DNA of 64,000 nucleotides from Octopus sinensis (taxonomy: Eukaryota): positions 11,160,001 through 11,224,000 of the forward strand of contig NC_043014.1 in NCBI RefSeq assembly GCF_006345805.1, given 5' to 3'. Made by a program: the position numbers and the translations under genes. The notes beneath the pieces are model-generated. The model was not told the DNA's origin and made no database searches. It saw nothing but the letters and a program-made list of their open reading frames with translations. This document shows positions 60,501 to 64,000 of the stretch, piece by piece (position 1 is the first letter of the stretch; the number at the start of each line of letters is the position of its first letter).

Positions 60501-62914
60501 TGTTCGTGCAGAGGTAGTTTTAATGCCTGTTTTACACACTCTTCGTGTTTATGTTTCAACTTGATATGACGACTCAATTTCGCCTGCATTATTCCACAGA
60601 ACGGGCACGGACGTGCAGGACGTTTGTAAATTTTGCCTTCATCAATGTTCTCCACAGCTTTGGGATTAGGTAACTTGTACGGGCCATTTCCAAAACGATG
60701 GGTAACATTTGATGGTTTCAAAGACATTTCTTTGTCTGCGTGGTGTTGGATATAGATGCTATTTAGATCACTATCCAGGTAGCTATTTACTTTTTGTTTG
60801 ACAAAGCTGCTATCATCTTCAGAGGAAAATGGTTTAGAAAACGGTGATAAGGCAACAGTTTCAAGAGTGCTTGTGTTTTTAGAATGAGGTGAAGTGTGGA
60901 ACTCTTTCAATGAAGAGCAATGCAAGCTTTCTTTACAATGTGGAGTTTTGATTATAACAGTTTCCAACTTGTTATGGAGTGGGTCACACTCTGAACTAAC
61001 AAATTCAAGGCTTTTACTCTTTTGAATATGGTCAGTTTTACTATATAGGTCAGAATCTGATTTACCAAAGTTCAGCGTTACCTTGTCTTTGCTTTGTTCA
61101 ATCAGAATCTCATCCACATAAATAGAATCCGTATCACTAAATTTAAGTACATCTTTTAATTTATCTTCACGATTTGTAGTTTTTACAGAAAAAGACACTT
61201 CTAGATCGTTTCTTTCGTCTTCACAGTACTCTAAATTGTCTGGACACACTCTGGTATTAAAATAATCTCTCTCAACAGTCGGTGCTAATTCCAAACTTTC
61301 AGCATTTCCTGTCGATTTAGTGTGGTGTACATCTGATATGCATGGTTTCCGAAGAGCAGCATTATTGTTTGGTAAGTCTTTTCTCCTGTTATTCCTTGTT
61401 TTGTTTAAAATGCCAATCTTGCAGATATTATGCCCTTCTTCAACCAAATTTACATCTAAACTAGGAACTTGGCATTGCAAGTTCTGTTTAGAAGAATTAC
61501 TTTCACAACCTTGTTTATCAGCTAAATCTAATGTCAACACAGATCCATTTGAAGCAGCAAGTGGCCTGCAAGTCTTCAGATGCTGTGATAAGACATCCTT
61601 GTGAACAGAATAATTACAGTGTGGACAGCACAGGATAACGTTATCGTGGAGGCTAGAAATAGCAGCAGCAAAAGACTTCTTGACAAGTTTGTTACACTTT
61701 GAGAGCTCGGATAGGCGTCGGATGTTTTGTTTTTTGATGCCATCTTTCTTCATTTCATCAAAGGCGTTCCTCTGGAATAACTTTGGCAGAGCCACAGCCT
61801 GTTGAACCCGTAATTCATCTTTGTGTTTTAATTGGATATGACGAGTTAAATTGGATTGCATCAACCCACAGAAAAAACAAGGCCGCGGCAGTTTCTTGTA
61901 GAAAGCTTTCGATACCATATTACCGATACGACTGTGATTCTGGGACTTCCGAAATGATACAGCGTTACTAATTCCTTCTTTTTTAAACTTATTGAAAGCA
62001 TCTCGTTGCTGTGGTTTTGGCAGTTGAAGAGCTTTGAGGACACGCTCTTCATTTCGATGCTTCAGTTGTATGTGCCGTGCTAATTTCGCCTGAGTTATTC
62101 CACAAAACAAACAAGGCCACACATTCTTTTGGTTATACTTGCTTGTTTTTGAACGGCTGCAAGAATTAGTATAACTTTTACCATTATGTGACTTGATACC
62201 ATTTCTTGTGATATTCCTGTGAATAGTTTTATTAACAGTCTTGTTGTGGGTCTGAATCAAGTCATCTGTAAAAGGGGATTGAGAAGCATCGGTGACATCC
62301 TTTGGTGCAGCTTCTAAAGGCAGAGAACTGGATTTCGCTTGCGGAAACCCGTGTCCTTTAATATACATTTCATTTTGATTTTGGAAAATAACACAACAGT
62401 CTTCTTCTGAAGAATCTAAAACAGATATTGGTGATGAATCAGCAGAATTTGAAACTGGTTGAGGAGATGATCTGTTAAATTGCTCTAAGCCATTAACTGG
62501 TTTATCTTTGGTTGAGTCTTTGGTGCTAGAAAGGGAATTGGTTGCTTTTAATGATTTGAGCAATTCCTTTGAAGGAAGAACAGATGTCCCAGATTTGCAG
62601 CTGATAGAATGAGTTTCAAAAAGATCTTTTTCAAAATATCCCTGACAATTACAACACTTCATGAGGTCTTCGATTGTCAGTTGTTTATCAGCAGCCATTC
62701 TGAATTCAAGCAAAACACTTTGATCGCAGATGTTGTTCAATGATTTCTGAACCTCACAGTTTTCTGCAAGTAGAAATGGTTTCGGAATGAAGTTTAAGTC
62801 CAGAGTCGAAGATCCAGGTTTAGAAACAAGTAACTCCTTCACTGATTCATCACTAAGTCGAATCACCTTCAGGTGGTCTGTGAGTTTCTGTTGCATAACT
62901 TTGGCTCCGAGCAA
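54398..62914 (-). CDS. 5' major part of a giant multi-zinc-finger protein (7 intact CxxC-H-H modules plus 1 degenerate; 2838-aa ORF, probably frameshifted into the next ORF near 54582)
   Basis: 8.5-kb stop-free ORF with balanced composition. It repeats the motif (Y)K(K/R)PxRPCPFCG(V/I)MQAKLTRHIKLKHKxExRVxxALxLPxxxQRxAFxxFKKEG seven times, most copies followed by CxxC-x11-12-H-x3-C. Ends in a polyQ tract. Confidence 0.9.
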   Translation of the reverse strand: MLGAKVMQQKLTDHLKVIRLSDESVKELLVSKPGSSTLDLNFIPKPFLLAENCEVQKSLNNICDQSVLLEFRMAADKQLTIEDLMKCCNCQGYFEKDLFETHSISCKSGTSVLPSKELLKSLKATNSLSSTKDSTKDKPVNGLEQFNRSSPQPVSNSADSSPISVLDSSEEDCCVIFQNQNEMYIKGHGFPQAKSSSLPLEAAPKDVTDASQSPFTDDLIQTHNKTVNKTIHRNITRNGIKSHNGKSYTNSCSRSKTSKYNQKNVWPCLFCGITQAKLARHIQLKHRNEERVLKALQLPKPQQRDAFNKFKKEGISNAVSFRKSQNHSRIGNMVSKAFYKKLPRPCFFCGLMQSNLTRHIQLKHKDELRVQQAVALPKLFQRNAFDEMKKDGIKKQNIRRLSELSKCNKLVKKSFAAAISSLHDNVILCCPHCNYSVHKDVLSQHLKTCRPLAASNGSVLTLDLADKQGCESNSSKQNLQCQVPSLDVNLVEEGHNICKIGILNKTRNNRRKDLPNNNAALRKPCISDVHHTKSTGNAESLELAPTVERDYFNTRVCPDNLEYCEDERNDLEVSFSVKTTNREDKLKDVLKFSDTDSIYVDEILIEQSKDKVTLNFGKSDSDLYSKTDHIQKSKSLEFVSSECDPLHNKLETVIIKTPHCKESLHCSSLKEFHTSPHSKNTSTLETVALSPFSKPFSSEDDSSFVKQKVNSYLDSDLNSIYIQHHADKEMSLKPSNVTHRFGNGPYKLPNPKAVENIDEGKIYKRPARPCPFCGIMQAKLSRHIKLKHKHEECVKQALKLPLHEQRNAFNEFKRQGILKENMRRINSLSESDCLIIERIPYGHISMVVCPYCKESQPKEDINQHIVTCKSVPYSLDTSSQLSSQGPNSDNSSSKSFDNVDTQPSSLAAMSTSSSSPPPSFVSPVERNDENDSRRGVLDISELQNIQEYDIAPPSSKKIKTIFIAPEGEVDVEDSEVKLIEEIDLAEASDSSNKQHLLNSETIVLKEEILEIPPDSCDRSDDVTDYSVQLSNANQATAFFLKSELNDDIFQQTRDQNSEKQLLSSISEEMETYNDGNNNNNDNNNNNNNNISSGIVKEEVANEDIQLMSPVSISDSSDEDVTTGHNCNSGSSVFDKHLSVKSQANVITIEDEPSGFASNKPRTYKKPSRPCLFCGIMQAKLTRHIKLKHKDEDRVKETLRLPQSMQRRIFNQFKKEGIMKENAKRLTEQEQYQELIPECTFQSDSSPWLVCSSCNVFVKKDAMKEHMQCCSLALSNFNTSDWSYEQEMFSHSPVESFPGDGPNKSISVSSPSLKETDQSFNSTWQYQQESNIPCSDDDAKEPNSGPFMNLKLKKEVEDLEDENYSAENTLQHEDDIKFQSNPIRIEPIAAVSSEDFEVKYKPDLEDNSFEDGITENPCDPNAESNHDIDNTQENILKDYEQTLRNTECKSENLEDGELIETNSLLKQEMSVSLPVSDAFDDADKSDVVSVNNPSKPHLPLNGSKPSSSSIVKCNQSYFGRSYKKPSRPCPFCGVMQAKLTRHIKLKHKDEDRVKEAMSLSQPSQRHAFNQFKKEGILKNKLSQMETWFDKEHKIVGQVLPSCQQNAVCSGCDQIIPMESLSDHMFLCGRAHLQLTDTVTLQPVTELPSKPDTVDNYENGMDKNDDDGSVFESNEDLPQTSVEVVNSDETKEVYIIRLDAPMKSDSENSHATIKRLCDSSDSNHRNMDFENRKEVPDITIIEESLTIVDPKRVPEMPDSVRSKRSLSDHSDNDCSLIPDDVPEQEAKFNLSLEEQSSITKENKMNNTVQQQSNNALRVYKRPSRPCPFCGVMQAKLTRHIKLKHKGDRRVKAVLQLPQLLQLRAFSHFKREGIMKDKLRRMGESSMFMDSDAIEDIERRTSRKLVGGGRPLHSQGSNCPHCKKPFAKSTLRRHIAKCKFKCADSAAVSTLQSNRNINHGSGAMNSCNRGTSLSPFAAVSTDCYQLANNVTSSPKNPAVMLQKGNSVRPIKKTVNEGDRNVENIMSVVSDFDFKRNSSSSVVRNQQEPSSCCSADVPGDNLHERHKEDRHDQESQKFLAFHSNHHENQEQKPFGGRKIDKPENHSNRSYRLPAATGSVVLDMDCRQQQQQQHKPINEFDENLLKSSASSAKTKKSPLENESLAQARESSKIMGLNEHIIPSHTLIDRFSEKQIANESLVHPEMKGISDPSPEVWSSQAECNRQSNSIETPFGTGCLDTTRNQQFCSYQMNTGKSGHESLPKLLEPMDNSEVKNNKFTCPSQDTFFLNNINIKTEKPCSPVEDLTFSALAMEQMSSLIQDDSGRDNHFSKYPELNAMVDSKVNSSFISHPDISRTESQITLYGLETQPSYGLPPMFPSKDTNTSLSPVASNKTNILPPLPDEDFKFDPANMYLSYDSQGISVVNYQPVNDSITAVGGSSSGNGCSATTSGPKSSQSSSPRRLGTNTGGRNNVSLNSGRGTSSNRKPPTPCPFCGVKQAKLKRHIQLRHKEEERVKEALKLPPNLQRDAFHQFKEEGLANELKRANENNMVTNTSSSVRNDITNQKGSVSKVLCPLCDTYYEKDVLQMHMIGCSSALSNFNASDWLTNSVPDLELSTEAETEQSSETMASLNQISLPTSLLKEEFDAPPGSSSNAMMSPYKDFSSYIAASTQPEQEPHQQQQQQQQQQQQQHQQRQQQQHQHQQHQQQQRQQHQQQQQHQQQQHQHQQQQQQHQQQQHQHQQQQQQQHQQQQQQHQQQQHQHHQQQQLQTQQYLATQDTDMFGVATRLRPTSTDATWTFGWNRSITVPGIPLCSRLAFPLSVAVLSKRVRLAIPPGTTRDQIR

Positions 62915-63032
62915 CGTTTTTTTTGTTGCTACAGCCTTTGGTGAGGCTAATACTTAGCTCAGGGGATTGCCAGCAGTAACGATTCAGCGAGGGCTGGACG
63001 TTGAAACATGTGTTGATCAATACAGGAGACAT

Positions 63033-63062
63033 CTAAAAAGAAAAAAACAGACAAAATGAAAA
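63033..63062 (-). other. Splice acceptor (polypyrimidine tract + AG) opening the giant exon
   Basis: Minus strand reads ttttcattttgtctgtttttttctttttag|ATGTCTCCT. Upstream sequence is intron-like and contains a SINE at 63120-63330. Confidence 0.65.
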
Positions 63063-63119
63063 TATATGAAATATAAAAGACAACGAAATTTACATCAACA
63101 TAGAAATAATGCTTGTTAT

Positions 63120-63330
63120 TTACTCTTTTACTTGTTTCAGTCATTTGACTGCGGCCATGCTGGAGCACCGCCTTTTAGTCGAGCAAATCAACCCCGGGAC
63201 TTATTCTTTGTAAGCCCAGTACTTATTCTATCGGTCTCTTTTGCCGAACCGCTAAGTGACGGGGACGTAAACACACCAGCATCGGTTTTCAAGCAATGCT
63301 AGGGGGACAAACACAGACACACACACATAT
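63120..63330 (-). mobile_element. SINE family A 3' half, in the intron upstream of the giant exon
   Basis: ctcttttacttgtttcagtcatttgactgcggccatgctggagcaccgcc... Confidence 0.8.
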
Positions 63331-63331
63331 A

Positions 63332-63600
63332 TATCTCTTATTATAAAAGGCAGATTTTATCTGCCTCCCTTTGAGAGTTATAGAAATCTACAATATAGGA
63401 TTTCTTCAATTACAATTTACCTAGCATTTTTAAGAGTAGAATGCATCGGGTCATGCCAAGTCCAGTTTTTAAAATTTAAACTCCAATTAAGCAAAATTTA
63501 CAGAAAACTCACATTCTGGTGTGTGTGTCAAATGCTTTTCTTAGTCTGGTTTACACCACACGCAAACGCACACACACAGTGTGCAACGAATAAAATGAAA
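63332..63600 (+). mobile_element. Probable Helitron-like element 5' portion
   Basis: tctcttattataaaaggcag start resembles the 4662 element. Confidence 0.35.
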
Positions 63601-64000
63601 GTAAATAGCGACAGAGTGATTTGAGGAAGACTAAACTGAAAGTATTTAACCACTACTCAAAAAATAAAAAAACACAGCAAACAGAAACAAATAAATACAT
63701 AACGATTTACTCCTCACACAATTTCTTCAATTAGAGTGTACCCATGATTTTTCAGAGTACTTCAGTGGGTGATGCCATAAAAAATTTCTTTCAATTTTAC
63801 CACCAATTAAGACAAAATTCGAGAAAACTCAATATTTTAACATATCACTCTGAAAGCATTGATGTACATGTGTGCGTGCGCGAGTGTGTGTGTGTCATTC
63901 CTCACACACACGCATACACATACATATACAACTACATACACATACAACTACATACAAACACGTGTGTGTTTGTTATTAAAAAAGGCACCAAAACACAACT

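Overview
AT-rich, repeat-saturated animal genomic DNA. The SINE families and (TA)n/(TACA)n microsatellites look like an octopus/coleoid cephalopod genome; this is an inference from repeat content. Bases 1-51 kb contain no recognisable host exons. They hold tRNA-derived SINEs (some in 184-bp tandem arrays), decayed Tc1, mariner (DD34D-type) and DD41D transposons, MITEs, non-autonomous Helitron-like elements, RLE-type LINE remnants and a decayed Penelope-like reverse transcriptase. Two things stand out. (1) A young array at 12.7-14.55 kb has four direct 362-bp units plus one inverted arm. Each unit carries an intact minimal type I hammerhead ribozyme with the compensatory U3-A8 core (UUGAAAA), a retrozyme/Penelope-pLTR-like architecture. 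Many other hammerhead remnants and foldbacks sit in (TA)n tracts across the window. (2) A ~11-kb apparently intronless minus-strand coding region (63032/62914 to 52026) is split by a probable 1-nt frameshift near 54582. It encodes a ~3,600-aa protein with eight intact copies and one degenerate copy of a CxxC...H...H 'KLTRHIKLKH...F..FKKEG' zinc-finger module, usually followed by a second CxxC...H...C finger. These are separated by long low-complexity (polyQ/S/P/N) linkers. There is one 100-N scaffold gap (23583-23682).
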